Assembly: GCA_963666515.2 (NCBI GenBank)
Contig: OY762897.2
Span: 1,984,001 to 2,048,000, forward strand
Origin: Candidatus Binatia bacterium
GTDB taxonomy: Bacteria; Desulfobacterota; Binatia; UBA9968; JAJDTQ01
Reading direction: 5' to 3'
Length of the DNA: 64,000 nt
Every line of letters starts with the position of its first letter. The first letter of the stretch is position 1. The notes beneath the pieces are model-generated. The model saw nothing but the letters and a program-made list of their open reading frames with translations, was not told the DNA's origin and did not search any database. The translations under genes and the position numbers were made by a program. Shown piece by piece: positions 37,896 through 47,730 of the stretch.

Positions 37896-38291
37896 CTAGC
37901 CGGACCCGCCGAGGCTCAACGGTCCGCTGCCCCGGCACGCGATGTACAGGAACACGAAACAGAAGATCACGGCCAGCTCCCCGCCGTTCTCGATGGGCCA
38001 GAAACCCCCACCGGCGTGCGCCATGAAGTAGGCTGCGGCCATCTGGCCGCTGCAGACGAACGCCGCGAGGCGCGCCAGGAGCCCGGCCGCCACCAGCAGA
38101 CCACCGCCCAACTCGACCGCGCCCGCGATCCCCATGAGCGAGAGCATCTCCACCGACCCGCCGCTGCCATCGGCGCCGCCGAACAGACCGAACAGCTTCT
38201 GCGCGCCGTGCTGCGCGAACGCGAGTCCGACGACGATTCGCATGAGCGCGTAGGCGTAACGCGAGGCCCCGCGAGAAAAACCTTCCGACAT
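37896..38291 (-). CDS. DoxX family membrane protein
   Basis: HGAQKLFG, MAAAYFMAH and NGGELA. Confidence 0.9.
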   Translation of the reverse strand: MSEGFSRGASRYAYALMRIVVGLAFAQHGAQKLFGLFGGADGSGGSVEMLSLMGIAGAVELGGGLLVAAGLLARLAAFVCSGQMAAAYFMAHAGGGFWPIENGGELAVIFCFVFLYIACRGSGPLSLGGSG

Positions 38292-38321
38292 TGCGTTTCC
38301 CTCCCTCGTTCCGTCGTTGCA

Positions 38322-38927
38322 TCAGCGGCCCGGATGAACGACGGCGCGATGTCTGAAGCACGGCACCAAGTGGTCGTTCACCATCCCCACCGCTTGCATG
38401 AAAGCATAGCAGATGGTCGGCCCGACGAAACGGAACCCGCGGCGCGCGAGGTCGCGGCTCATGGCTTCCGACTCCGGCGTGCGCGCCGGGACATCCTCTT
38501 GGGCGCGCCAGCCGTTGACCCGCGGACACCCGTCCACGAACTGCCAGATGTAGCGGTCGAACGTTCCGTGCTCCCCCCGGACCCGAACGAACGCCTGGGC
38601 GTTGGTGACGGCCGCGGCGATCTTGAGCCGATTACGGACGAGGCCGGCGTCCTCCAGCAACTCGCGCCGCTTCCGTTCGTCGTAGCGGGCCACGACGTCG
38701 GGGTCGAAGCCGCTGAAGGCGCGGCGGTAGCCATTGCGCTTCCTGAGGATGGTTTCCCAGCTCAGTCCCGCCTGCGCGCCCTCGAGGATCAGGAACTCGA
38801 AGAGTACCCGGTCGTCGTGGCACGGAACGCCCCACTCGGTGTCGTGATAGGCCGTGGACAGCTCCGTCGTGGCCCAACCGCAGCGCACGAGCAAGTCTTC
38901 CGGCAAATTTCCGGACACGGTAGTCAC
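38322..38927 (-). CDS. tag: DNA-3-methyladenine glycosylase I
   Basis: RCGW, YHDTEWG, LEGAQAGLSW and NDHLVPC. Confidence 0.95.
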   Translation of the reverse strand: MTTVSGNLPEDLLVRCGWATTELSTAYHDTEWGVPCHDDRVLFEFLILEGAQAGLSWETILRKRNGYRRAFSGFDPDVVARYDERKRRELLEDAGLVRNRLKIAAAVTNAQAFVRVRGEHGTFDRYIWQFVDGCPRVNGWRAQEDVPARTPESEAMSRDLARRGFRFVGPTICYAFMQAVGMVNDHLVPCFRHRAVVHPGR

Positions 38928-38967
38928 TCGGAACCGTCCGACCCCGGAGCCGGCAACCCTGGTCTCC

Positions 38968-39363
38968 CTACGAGTGCGATTCGAGATAGGTGATCATGGA
39001 GATCACCGCACCTTGAGGATCCTTGATGACGCAGAAACGCCCCACCTCCGGGATATCCGTCAACGGCACGACCACATCGCCCCCAAGCTCCCGCGCCCTC
39101 GCGGCCGCCGCATCCACGTCGTCCACGGTCACGTAGGTTCCCCATGAGGGGGGCATTCCCTGGGCTTGGGGCGGCACCGCCATGATGCCGCCGACCTCCG
39201 TTCCGTCCACCTTCACGAGATTGTATTGCACGCCCTCGTGGAACGCGTCGGTGACCGGCTCGATGTTCCATCCGAAAAGCTCCGAATAAAAATTCTTGGC
39301 GGCCTCGACGTCGGTGGTCAGAAGCTCGCACCAACTGAAAGCACCCTGCCGGAAAGCATCCAT
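38968..39363 (-). CDS. VOC/glyoxalase family protein
   Basis: WCELLTTDVEAAKNFYSELFGW and DPQGA. Confidence 0.9.
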   Translation of the reverse strand: MDAFRQGAFSWCELLTTDVEAAKNFYSELFGWNIEPVTDAFHEGVQYNLVKVDGTEVGGIMAVPPQAQGMPPSWGTYVTVDDVDAAAARARELGGDVVVPLTDIPEVGRFCVIKDPQGAVISMITYLESHS

Positions 39364-39510
39364 TCAATTCCCCTCCCTGTTGGAATGCCTGGAAATCTAA
39401 GGCGCGCTCTGGCCCGCTGTCAAACCTTCCGGGGTTGGCAACCTCCCCTTGAAGCGGCTATTTCTTGGAATGACCTTCTTTCGGGTCGCAAACCTGCCGG
39501 AGGTGTTCCC

Positions 39511-40239
39511 ATGCTGAAACTCTACCACTGGTGGAGCTCCACCTGCTCGCGCCGCGTCAGGATCGCCTTGGCGGCGAAGCAGCTCTCCTGGGAGAGCGTC
39601 TACGTCAACCTGTCGAAGTTCGAGAACCTGGAACCCTGGTACGTCGAGCTGAACCCCAACGGCGTGGTGCCCACGCTGATCCACGACGAACGGATCATCA
39701 TCGAGTCCAACTTCATCCTGGAGTACCTGGACGACGTCTGGCCGGAAGTGCCGCTACGGCCGGACGACCCTTACGAGCGGGCGCGCATGCGCATCTGGAT
39801 GGACCGCTTCGAGCACGAGTTGCACCGCAACGTCAACATCATCTCGTTCATCAAACAGGGCCGCATCAAGCGCTACGAGCACCTGTCCGAGGAGGAGCGC
39901 GAGGCCGCGGTCATGCAGCAGCCCACCGAGCCGAAACGGGCGCTCCTGCGGGACCGGCTCAGGAACGGCATCTCCGAGGAGCAGATGGCCTATGCGGAGG
40001 CACGGCTGGCCGAGATCCTGGACGAGGTGGAGGAGACCCTGCAGGACCGTCCCTGGCTCAACGGCGACCGCATGTCCCTGGCGGACTGCTCCATCGCCCC
40101 CTTCATCGAGCGCTTCGAGTCGAACAAGCTGGAACGGCTGGTGGACTGGGACGCGCGGCCGGCCGTGGGCGCATGGTGGGCGCGGATGCAGGCCACGGAG
40201 GCCTTCCGCACGGCCTACTCCTTCAAGGCGCCTCCGTAG
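39511..40239 (+). CDS. Glutathione S-transferase family protein
   Basis: STCSRRVR, NPNGVVPTL, ESNFILEYLD and SLAD. Confidence 0.92.
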   Translation: MLKLYHWWSSTCSRRVRIALAAKQLSWESVYVNLSKFENLEPWYVELNPNGVVPTLIHDERIIIESNFILEYLDDVWPEVPLRPDDPYERARMRIWMDRFEHELHRNVNIISFIKQGRIKRYEHLSEEEREAAVMQQPTEPKRALLRDRLRNGISEEQMAYAEARLAEILDEVEETLQDRPWLNGDRMSLADCSIAPFIERFESNKLERLVDWDARPAVGAWWARMQATEAFRTAYSFKAPP

Positions 40240-40270
40240 GGGCGACCCGCCGGTCGCCCGGGGGTCCTAC
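40236..40270. repeat. GTAG-tagged REP-like palindrome overlapping both convergent stop codons
   Basis: GTAGG-GGCGACC-CGCC-GGTCGCC-CGGGGGT-CCTAC. Confidence 0.7.
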
Positions 40271-42366
40271 TCGTATCGCAACGCTTCGATGGGGTTAAGG
40301 CGCGCGGCGCGGTTGGCGGGCTGGAAGCCGAAGAACACGCCGATGGCGGCGGCGAAGGCGAAGGCCAACAGAATCGCGCCGGGCGAGATGACGATCTGCC
40401 AGCCGCCCATGTAGGAGAGCCCCAAAGAGGCGGCGGCGCCGGCGAGGATGCCGACGGCGCCCCCCAGGAGGCTCAGGACCATGGCCTCGGTGAGGAACTG
40501 GCGGCGGATGTCGCGCCGCCTGGCCCCGATGGCCAGCCGCACGCCGATCTCCCGGGTGCGCTCGGTCACCGACACCAGCATGATGTTCATGATGCCGATG
40601 CCGCCGACGATGAGCGCCACCCCGGCGATGCCGGCGAGGAGGTAGCCCAGGGTGCTGGCGGCCTCGTTGGCCGCCTCCAGGATGTCGGTGCGGTTGCGGA
40701 CCCGGAAGTCGTCCAGCTTGGTGCCGGTGATCTTGTGGCGCACCCTCAACAGGGCGGTGATGCCGTCCTGTACGTCGGACGTGGCCTGCCTGCTCTCGGC
40801 GCTGACCTCGATGCCGCGCACGTAACGAATCCCCAGGAGCTTCCGCTGCGCCGTTCTCAGCGGGACGATGACGATGTCGTCGAGGTCGCCGGCCCACGAG
40901 GACGTCCCCCGCTCCTTGAGCACGCCCACCACCTCGAAGGGGATGTGCTTGACCCTGATGGTCTGTCCTATCGGATAGTCGTCGCCGAACAGCTCCTTGC
41001 CCACGGTCCGGCCGATCAGGGCCACCTTCCGGTTCAGCAGCATGTCGTCGTCGGTGAAGTTGGACCCCGACTCGACGCCCCAGTTCATGATCTGGAGGTA
41101 GTCGGGGGTGGTGCCGGTGAAGGGCGGATGCCAGTTCTTGTTGCCGTAGACCACCTGGGCGGAGCCCCGGACATGAGGCGCCACCCGGACCACGCCCGGC
41201 ACCTCCGCGAGGATGGCGTTGGCGTCCGCCTGCGTGAGCGTCGTGATCCGTGCGCCCCGCACGCGGCGGCCGCCTCGGGTCACCGTTCCGGCATAGACTG
41301 ACACGCGGTTGCTGCCGAGACGCTCCATCTGCTTGGCGACCCTGGCCTTGGCGCCTTCTCCGATGGCCACCATGGCGATGACCGCGCCGACGCCGATGAT
41401 GACTCCCAGCATGGTCAGCGCCGACCGGAGCTTGTTCACCCGGATGGCCCGTAGCGCGATGCGGACGTTGGCGCGGACGCCCGCTCCCAGACGCCTCCTG
41501 CGATAGCGGGGGCCGCCGCCGTTGTCCTCCCCGCCGCCGCCCTGACCCGCGCCGTTGCCGTCATGGGCCCCGCCGCCGTCGCCGGCGCCCGCGGCGTCGC
41601 CGTCTCCGGCGTCCTCGCTCTCGGGCGCGGCATGGACCTCGGCGGGTTGCCCCGGCGCAGCCGACCCCACTCGGCTGCTTGCCTCCTCGCGTTCCACCAA
41701 GCCGTCCTTGAAATGGATGACGCGCTGCCCGTGCGAAGCCACCTCGGGATCGTGGGTCACGAAGACGATGGTGATGCCCTTCTCCCGGTTGAGGGTCTTG
41801 AACAACTCGATGATCTCGGCGCCGGTCTGGGTATCGAGGTTGCCTGTGGGCTCGTCCGCCAGGATGATCCGGGGGTCGTTGAGCAGCGCCCGGGCGATGG
41901 CCACCCGCTGCTGCTGGCCGCCGGACAACTGGGTGGGGCGGTGCGTCACCCGATCTCCCAGACCCACCAGCTCCAGCATCTCCCGCGCCTTGCGGCGTCC
42001 CTCGGCGCTCGGCACTCCGTTGTAGAGGGACGGCAGCTCGGCGTTCTCCAGGGACGTGGTGCGGGCCAGGAGGTTGTAGTTCTGGAAGACGAAACCGATC
42101 TCGTGGTTGCGGAGCGCGGCCATGTCGTCGGACGACAGGCTGCCCACGTCGTTGCCGTTGAGGCTGTACTCGCCGGAGGTGGGCCGGTCGAGGCAGCCCA
42201 GCAGGTTCATGAGCGTCGACTTGCCGGAGCCGGAAGGCCCCATGAGCGCGACGATCTCGCCGGCGAAGATGCGAAGGGAGACGCCCTTCAGCGCCTCCAC
42301 CTTCTGCTCGCCGAGATCGTAGACCTTGGTGAGGTCCTCGACTTCGATGACGGCCTGCCGTTCCAC
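40267..42366 (-). CDS. macB: MacB-type ABC ATPase/permease fusion
   Basis: GPSGSGKS, LSGGQQQR, GGIGIMNIMLVSVTERTREIG and LNPIEALRYE. Confidence 0.92.
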   Translation of the reverse strand: MERQAVIEVEDLTKVYDLGEQKVEALKGVSLRIFAGEIVALMGPSGSGKSTLMNLLGCLDRPTSGEYSLNGNDVGSLSSDDMAALRNHEIGFVFQNYNLLARTTSLENAELPSLYNGVPSAEGRRKAREMLELVGLGDRVTHRPTQLSGGQQQRVAIARALLNDPRIILADEPTGNLDTQTGAEIIELFKTLNREKGITIVFVTHDPEVASHGQRVIHFKDGLVEREEASSRVGSAAPGQPAEVHAAPESEDAGDGDAAGAGDGGGAHDGNGAGQGGGGEDNGGGPRYRRRRLGAGVRANVRIALRAIRVNKLRSALTMLGVIIGVGAVIAMVAIGEGAKARVAKQMERLGSNRVSVYAGTVTRGGRRVRGARITTLTQADANAILAEVPGVVRVAPHVRGSAQVVYGNKNWHPPFTGTTPDYLQIMNWGVESGSNFTDDDMLLNRKVALIGRTVGKELFGDDYPIGQTIRVKHIPFEVVGVLKERGTSSWAGDLDDIVIVPLRTAQRKLLGIRYVRGIEVSAESRQATSDVQDGITALLRVRHKITGTKLDDFRVRNRTDILEAANEAASTLGYLLAGIAGVALIVGGIGIMNIMLVSVTERTREIGVRLAIGARRRDIRRQFLTEAMVLSLLGGAVGILAGAAASLGLSYMGGWQIVISPGAILLAFAFAAAIGVFFGFQPANRAARLNPIEALRYE

Positions 42367-42369
42367 CGC

Positions 42370-43800
42370 TCAGAGGCCTCCGAGGATCCGCGAGCGTACG
42401 CGGGCGGTGGTGTTGGTGGCGCGTTTCATGGCCTCGGAGCGGATGCCCACGATGACCTGGTCACCCGCTTCGAGACCGGAGACGATCTCCATGTTCTTGG
42501 CGTCGGTAGCGCCGAAACGGATGCGCGCCCGGGCGGGCTTGTCGTCGCGGTAGACCCAGACGGCGCCCCTGCCCTCCAGCAGCCACCGGCGCCTCTGCTC
42601 GGGGGTGGGCCGGCCGCGACGGCGCCCGCCGCCGCGTCTGGGCATGTCGGGGTAGAGCTGGCGGATATCGCGACCGCTGACCCTCAGAGCGGCGCCGGGA
42701 ACGATGAGCACGTCCTGCCGCCTGGCCAGAATGATGGTGACGTTGGCGGTCATGCCCGGCTTCAGGGCCAGGTCGTCGTTGCGCACCCGGATCTCGGTGT
42801 CGTAGGTGACGACGTTGTCCTTGATCAGCGGCGACGGGAAGATGCGCACCACCTTGCCCTTGAAGGTCCGGCCGGGGTACGAGTCCACCTGGAACTCCAC
42901 CTCCTGATCCACCTCCACCTTGCCGATGTCCGCTTCGTCGACGAAGGCGGAAACCTTCATCTCCTCAAGCTCGGCGATCTTCACCAGCGGCGGCGACGAC
43001 AGGCTGGCGGCCACCGTCTGACCGGCTTCCACGGTCTTCTGGATCACCACGCCGGAGATGGGCGCCCGGATGACGCTGCGGTTGAGCCGCACCCGCGCCA
43101 TCTCCAGCTCGGCCTGCGCCTGCTGCACGTCCGCGCGGAAGCCGGCGATGGCCGCCTGCTTGACCTTCACCTCGTCCACCCGCGCGGACTCCTCCTTGAA
43201 ACGGGCCCCGGCCCGCTCGTACTCCGCCTTGATGGACTCGTACTGGTCGCGCGAGATGAGGTTCCGGCCCACGAGGTCCTTGTTGCGCCGGTGCTTCTCC
43301 TCCAGGTTCTCCAACGCCGCCCGGGTGCCCTCGATGCTGGCCGCCACCCGGGACTTCAGCATCTCCACCCCGGCCAGTTCCTTGGCGAGATTGGCCTTGG
43401 CCTTGGCCACCTTGGCCTCGGCCTGCAGCACCTGCGCCCGGAACAGGTCCTGGTCGAGCCGCGCGACGAGGTCGCCCTTCTCGACTCTCAACGGCACGTC
43501 CACCGGAAGGTCCTTGATGGTGCCCGACACCTGGGTGGACACGGTCACCGACGAAACCGGGTTCACCGTACCGGTGGTGGTGATGCGGGAGAAGATATCG
43601 CCGGTCTCGACCTTGGCGAGCCGGAAGGGAAACACTTCCTTCTCTTCCGCTGGAAGGAACCTGCCCGTCAGCGAAGAAAGCTGCCCGCGTACCGATCCGA
43701 CGCTGCTCTCCACCAGCGCCGGATCATACCAGAACAGCCCCGCGCCCCCCGCTCCCAACAGGACCAGGACCAGGGCAAGTGTCCACAAGAAACGCTTCAT
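42370..43800 (-). CDS. macA: Efflux periplasmic adaptor (MacA-like)
   Basis: VSTQVSGTI, IRAPISGVV, VDEADIG and LKPGMTA. Confidence 0.88.
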   Translation of the reverse strand: MKRFLWTLALVLVLLGAGGAGLFWYDPALVESSVGSVRGQLSSLTGRFLPAEEKEVFPFRLAKVETGDIFSRITTTGTVNPVSSVTVSTQVSGTIKDLPVDVPLRVEKGDLVARLDQDLFRAQVLQAEAKVAKAKANLAKELAGVEMLKSRVAASIEGTRAALENLEEKHRRNKDLVGRNLISRDQYESIKAEYERAGARFKEESARVDEVKVKQAAIAGFRADVQQAQAELEMARVRLNRSVIRAPISGVVIQKTVEAGQTVAASLSSPPLVKIAELEEMKVSAFVDEADIGKVEVDQEVEFQVDSYPGRTFKGKVVRIFPSPLIKDNVVTYDTEIRVRNDDLALKPGMTANVTIILARRQDVLIVPGAALRVSGRDIRQLYPDMPRRGGGRRRGRPTPEQRRRWLLEGRGAVWVYRDDKPARARIRFGATDAKNMEIVSGLEAGDQVIVGIRSEAMKRATNTTARVRSRILGGL

Positions 43801-43977
43801 CCGTGTCGCTCCGGTTTCGCCACGATGCTCAAACCCTTCTCATTAGACTGCGGAGGGTTTCACTGAGCGCTATTCCGCATCTCCGTTGGTACATTGTACC
43901 GCCCATGACGGGCAAAAGGGAACCGTAGAAGGAGAGCCCTACGACCCGGGATCAGGGTCCATTGAGTTGACGGAAGT

Positions 43978-44410
43978 CTACACGGCGAGGTCGAGAGGAA
44001 GATCCGCGATATCCTTCAGGCGTTTCCCCTCGACCATGATTTGAAGCATCTCCTGAGCGTCTGTAAGGTCAAGTTCATCGAGGGTTTCCCGGAGCTCGGG
44101 TAAAGCAAAGGAATAGACACAATCAATGTCACCTGTCCCGAGGGCGAGAGAGGCCAACCGGCTTGGCAGAGGCTCGGAGGAAATCGACGCATAGTTCCTC
44201 GAACCGATTACCGGCCTGCTGACCGGCCAACCGTGCGCCTCGTGCCCCGCTTCCAATCCGTTTCGCGATACCGCTTGCGATGCGCACGCTGTTCTTGTGG
44301 TTGCGATCCGCATTACTGGCAATGCCGGAAGCATCGATCCGCAGAACCGAATTGAGCAGCGCGGCATGGAACGCCTTGCGCGACTCCGAGAAGAGAGCCG
44401 TGTCACTCAT
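43978..44410 (-). pseudogene. NgoMIV-family type II restriction endonuclease with internal deletion and frameshift
   Basis: N-terminal part SNAD...GQQAGNRFEELC in one frame; C-terminal part EPLPSRLASLALGTGDIDCVY...GKRLKDIADLPLDLAV in another; junction about 44171-44180; central PD...SCK/RSDR core absent. Confidence 0.88.
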
Positions 44411-44437
44411 CGCGTGGTCATGGCCCATACGGGGCGG

Positions 44438-45790
44438 TTACGGCTTGAGAAGGCCGAGGACATATTCTTCGTGCATGCGTTGCTCGATCATCGAGCCGGA
44501 CTGCCTTCCGAAGCGGGCCGGCATCATGCGCCTGTCGCGGTCCAGCCGGCGGGGCACGACCCCCACGACGTCGAATCCGACTTGAGCCGCGATGGCCGCC
44601 AGACAGGTGTGCGTCTCAACGTCGATGCCGCGCATCATCGATGATCCCACCACGAGAATGGCGGCAGCCTGGCGATGAAGCACGCGGTTCATCTCCGTGA
44701 ACACGGCCGTCATTTCCGTGAAATACTTGCGTAGAATCCTGCTCTTGCTTCCGTCGAGCTGCGCCAGTTGGGTAATGATGCGCTCCGGCTTCTCGGGGAG
44801 GGAAGCGAGCTGCGCGCCCTTGAGACGTTCCGAGCCGATATACGTGGAGCGCAACTCGGACAACTCCCCCACGGACCTGCCGAGCCACACCAGGGAGAAC
44901 TTGTGGGCGCGCATATAGTCGATGGCGTTGGCATAGGGCGGTGAGGTCACGATGAGGTCGACAACCCCATCGGCAAACGGCATCGCCGTGGCATTGGCAT
45001 ACAGGGGTGTTGACCCGGAACCGCAGGGCAATTCAGCCATGCTGGTGAGATTCTTTTGCAGGCGCAACGAGAACTGCTCGATGGCTTTCCTTGGGACCTT
45101 GTCACGATCGAGGTGAGGGCGGCTGTGGGCGAGGTCGCGAGCCCGGGTAACGCCTCCGGACTTGGTAATGATGGTCGCGGAAAACACGAGCTCGAAGAAA
45201 CGACGCACCGACGGGTCGGCCACGGACTCGATGGCCAACACCAGGGCCATGAGTTCATGCTGCGTCCTGGGGAGGAACCAGTAGTCCACAAACGCTCTGG
45301 TGCGCGTATCGAACCGCTGCGCGAGATGTCGTCCGACGGCTTCCTTCTTCGCCAGCGAGAGGGCCTGCGCAACCACCTCCTGGGCGACGTTCCGAAGACT
45401 TGCAAGCTGTAGCGGCACGGTCTTGGCCTGACACAGCCGCAATGCCAGCGGGTCGATGTCAAGCCCGATCCCCCTGCGCCCTGCGAGCATCGCTTCGACC
45501 AGCGTAGTGCCCGACCCCATCATGGGATCCAGGACGATGTCTCCCGGGGAACTCAGCCCGCGAATGAAAACTCGCGGAAGCTGCGGGGGGAACTTCGCAG
45601 CGAAGGCATGAAGTTGATGTGAGGCATAGTTGCCGTTTTCGCCACGAAAATTCAGGTCGCCCTGCAACAGCGCCGCGAGTTGCGGACGCTGGCCGCGCCC
45701 TTCCTGATGCGACGCAGGGTCAGGAAGGGAGGGGGAGGGACCGGAGTCCTCAAAGAATGACAGTTGGTCTTCTGGAATCCGTGGGGACAT
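44438..45790 (-). CDS. Amino-DNA methyltransferase, alpha order, probable m4C
   Basis: HAFAAKFPP, motif I DPMMGSGT before motif IV TSPPY. Confidence 0.9.
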   Translation of the reverse strand: MSPRIPEDQLSFFEDSGPSPSLPDPASHQEGRGQRPQLAALLQGDLNFRGENGNYASHQLHAFAAKFPPQLPRVFIRGLSSPGDIVLDPMMGSGTTLVEAMLAGRRGIGLDIDPLALRLCQAKTVPLQLASLRNVAQEVVAQALSLAKKEAVGRHLAQRFDTRTRAFVDYWFLPRTQHELMALVLAIESVADPSVRRFFELVFSATIITKSGGVTRARDLAHSRPHLDRDKVPRKAIEQFSLRLQKNLTSMAELPCGSGSTPLYANATAMPFADGVVDLIVTSPPYANAIDYMRAHKFSLVWLGRSVGELSELRSTYIGSERLKGAQLASLPEKPERIITQLAQLDGSKSRILRKYFTEMTAVFTEMNRVLHRQAAAILVVGSSMMRGIDVETHTCLAAIAAQVGFDVVGVVPRRLDRDRRMMPARFGRQSGSMIEQRMHEEYVLGLLKP

Positions 45791-46028
45791 GGTATCCGTG
45801 TGGAGACACGATGCTCTTGAAACAACGTCCGACACCCTGGAGGCCTGCCCCACTGAAGCGGGGGCGGTAAAGAGGCCTTAAACAATTCATCGGCAGGTTC
45901 GGGCCGTTCTTTAGTCTCAGCGGACCCGAATATCAGTGTAGAAGGGTACACCAACGGGGCTGGTCGGGCAAGCAGGAGTCCCGTCCACCCGGCAACCTGG
46001 TCGATGAACTCGCGCGGAGGCGACGCCC

Positions 46029-46907
46029 ATGTTCAGCACACGCTACGACTACAGTCCGATCATCCACCGGCCGCGTCTGGAGTGGCCGGGCGGGGCGCGG
46101 GTGGCGCTCTGGCTGGGTCCCAACATCGAGTGCTTTCACATCGACAAGTCGCTGCCGCGGGTCCCCGAGCCGGTGCCGGACGTGCAGTCCTACACGCTCA
46201 GGGACTACGGGTCGCGGGTGGGGGTGTTCCGCATGATGGAGGTGTTCGACCGCTACGGCATGCGCGCGAGCGTACTGCTGAACGCCGAAGTCTGCTCGCA
46301 GCACCCGGCCATCATCGAGGAGGGCAACAAGCGCTCCTGGGAGTGGCTGGGCCACGGCATGAACAACAACACGCGGATGAACTCCTACGGCGCCAAGAAG
46401 CAGCGCAAGGTCATCCGCAAGGTCCGCGACATCATCACCCACGCCACCGGCAAGGCGCCCAAGGGCTGGCTGGGTCCGGGACTCTCGGAGACCTACGACA
46501 CGCCGGACTTTCTGGCCGCGGAAGGGTTCGAGTACGTGTGCGACTGGGGCTGCGATGATCAGCCGGTGCCCATGCGCGTCGAGGCCGGGCGCATGATCAC
46601 GGTGCCGTACCAGCAGGGCATCAACGACATCTCCATGTTCGTCCACGCCAACCACACGCCCGCGGACTACTACCGGATCGTCTGCGACCAGTTCGACACC
46701 CTCTACCGCGAGGGCGAGAACGGCGGACGGGTCATGTGCATCCCGCTGCACCCGTACGTGACGGCCATGCCTTTTCGCATCGGCGCCCTGGACCGGGCGC
46801 TGGACTACATCTGCTCCCACGAAGGCGTCTGGAAGACCACCGCGGGCGAGATCGCGGACTGGTACTACCAGCACTACTACGAGGCGCCGGGCAAGCTGGA
46901 CGGCTGA
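46029..46907 (+). CDS. Polysaccharide deacetylase family (PuuE-like)
   Basis: YSPIIHRPRLEWPGG, DYGSRVG, GWLGP and PLHP. Confidence 0.88.
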   Translation: MFSTRYDYSPIIHRPRLEWPGGARVALWLGPNIECFHIDKSLPRVPEPVPDVQSYTLRDYGSRVGVFRMMEVFDRYGMRASVLLNAEVCSQHPAIIEEGNKRSWEWLGHGMNNNTRMNSYGAKKQRKVIRKVRDIITHATGKAPKGWLGPGLSETYDTPDFLAAEGFEYVCDWGCDDQPVPMRVEAGRMITVPYQQGINDISMFVHANHTPADYYRIVCDQFDTLYREGENGGRVMCIPLHPYVTAMPFRIGALDRALDYICSHEGVWKTTAGEIADWYYQHYYEAPGKLDG

Positions 46908-46917
46908 GGATACGGGA

Positions 46918-47730
46918 ATGACGAAGGAGTGGTCGACCCTGGTGCTGGAACGGCCCGCGGCGGGCGTGGTGCGGCTCAGCTTCAACCGGCCCGAGAAGCG
47001 CAACGCCCTCAACCGGGTGCTGACCGGCGAGATCCTCGACGCCCTCGAAACGGTGCGGGCGGACCCTGAGGTCCGGGTCGTCATCACCCGGGGCAACGGC
47101 CCGTGCTACTGCGCCGGCGCCGACCTCCACGACCTGCGCACGCTTCACAAGGAACCGCCGCGAGACTGGGACCGTTCCCATCCGAACCTCATGTTCTACG
47201 AGAGCTTCCGAAACTACCCCAAGGTCACCATCGCCCAAGTGCACGGCCACTGCCTGGGCGGCGGCATGGCGCTCATGACCGCCCACGACATCGCCCTGGC
47301 CGCGGACACCGCCAAGATCGGCATGCCCGAGATCCTGCGCGGAAGCTTCGGGCAGATGGCGCTCAGTTCCCTGTATCACACCGGCATCACGGCCAAGAAG
47401 GCCGCCCTGATGCACTTCAGCGGCCGGAACTTCTCGGGGACCGAGGCGGACCGCTTCGGGCTGGTGTCGGCGTCGGTGCCCGAGGCCGAACTGGAGGAGG
47501 TGACCCTCAAGCTCGCCGGGGAGATCGGCACGCGCCATCCCGCGGCCCTGGCCTGCGCCAAGATCGCGGTGCAGGTGGGCAAGGACCTCCCGCTGTCCCA
47601 AGCCCTGCGCACGGACCAACTCGTGGCCGCGCGCCAGCAGTTGATGATGGATTCGTTCTCGGACGTGGAGGACTATCTGCGCTCCCAGAGCGGCGGCACC
47701 AACACCGGCTACCGGCGCGACGATAGCTAG
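46918..47730 (+). CDS. Enoyl-CoA hydratase/isomerase family
   Basis: FNRPEKRNAL, CAGADL, GHCLGGG and GMPE. Confidence 0.9.
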   Translation: MTKEWSTLVLERPAAGVVRLSFNRPEKRNALNRVLTGEILDALETVRADPEVRVVITRGNGPCYCAGADLHDLRTLHKEPPRDWDRSHPNLMFYESFRNYPKVTIAQVHGHCLGGGMALMTAHDIALAADTAKIGMPEILRGSFGQMALSSLYHTGITAKKAALMHFSGRNFSGTEADRFGLVSASVPEAELEEVTLKLAGEIGTRHPAALACAKIAVQVGKDLPLSQALRTDQLVAARQQLMMDSFSDVEDYLRSQSGGTNTGYRRDDS

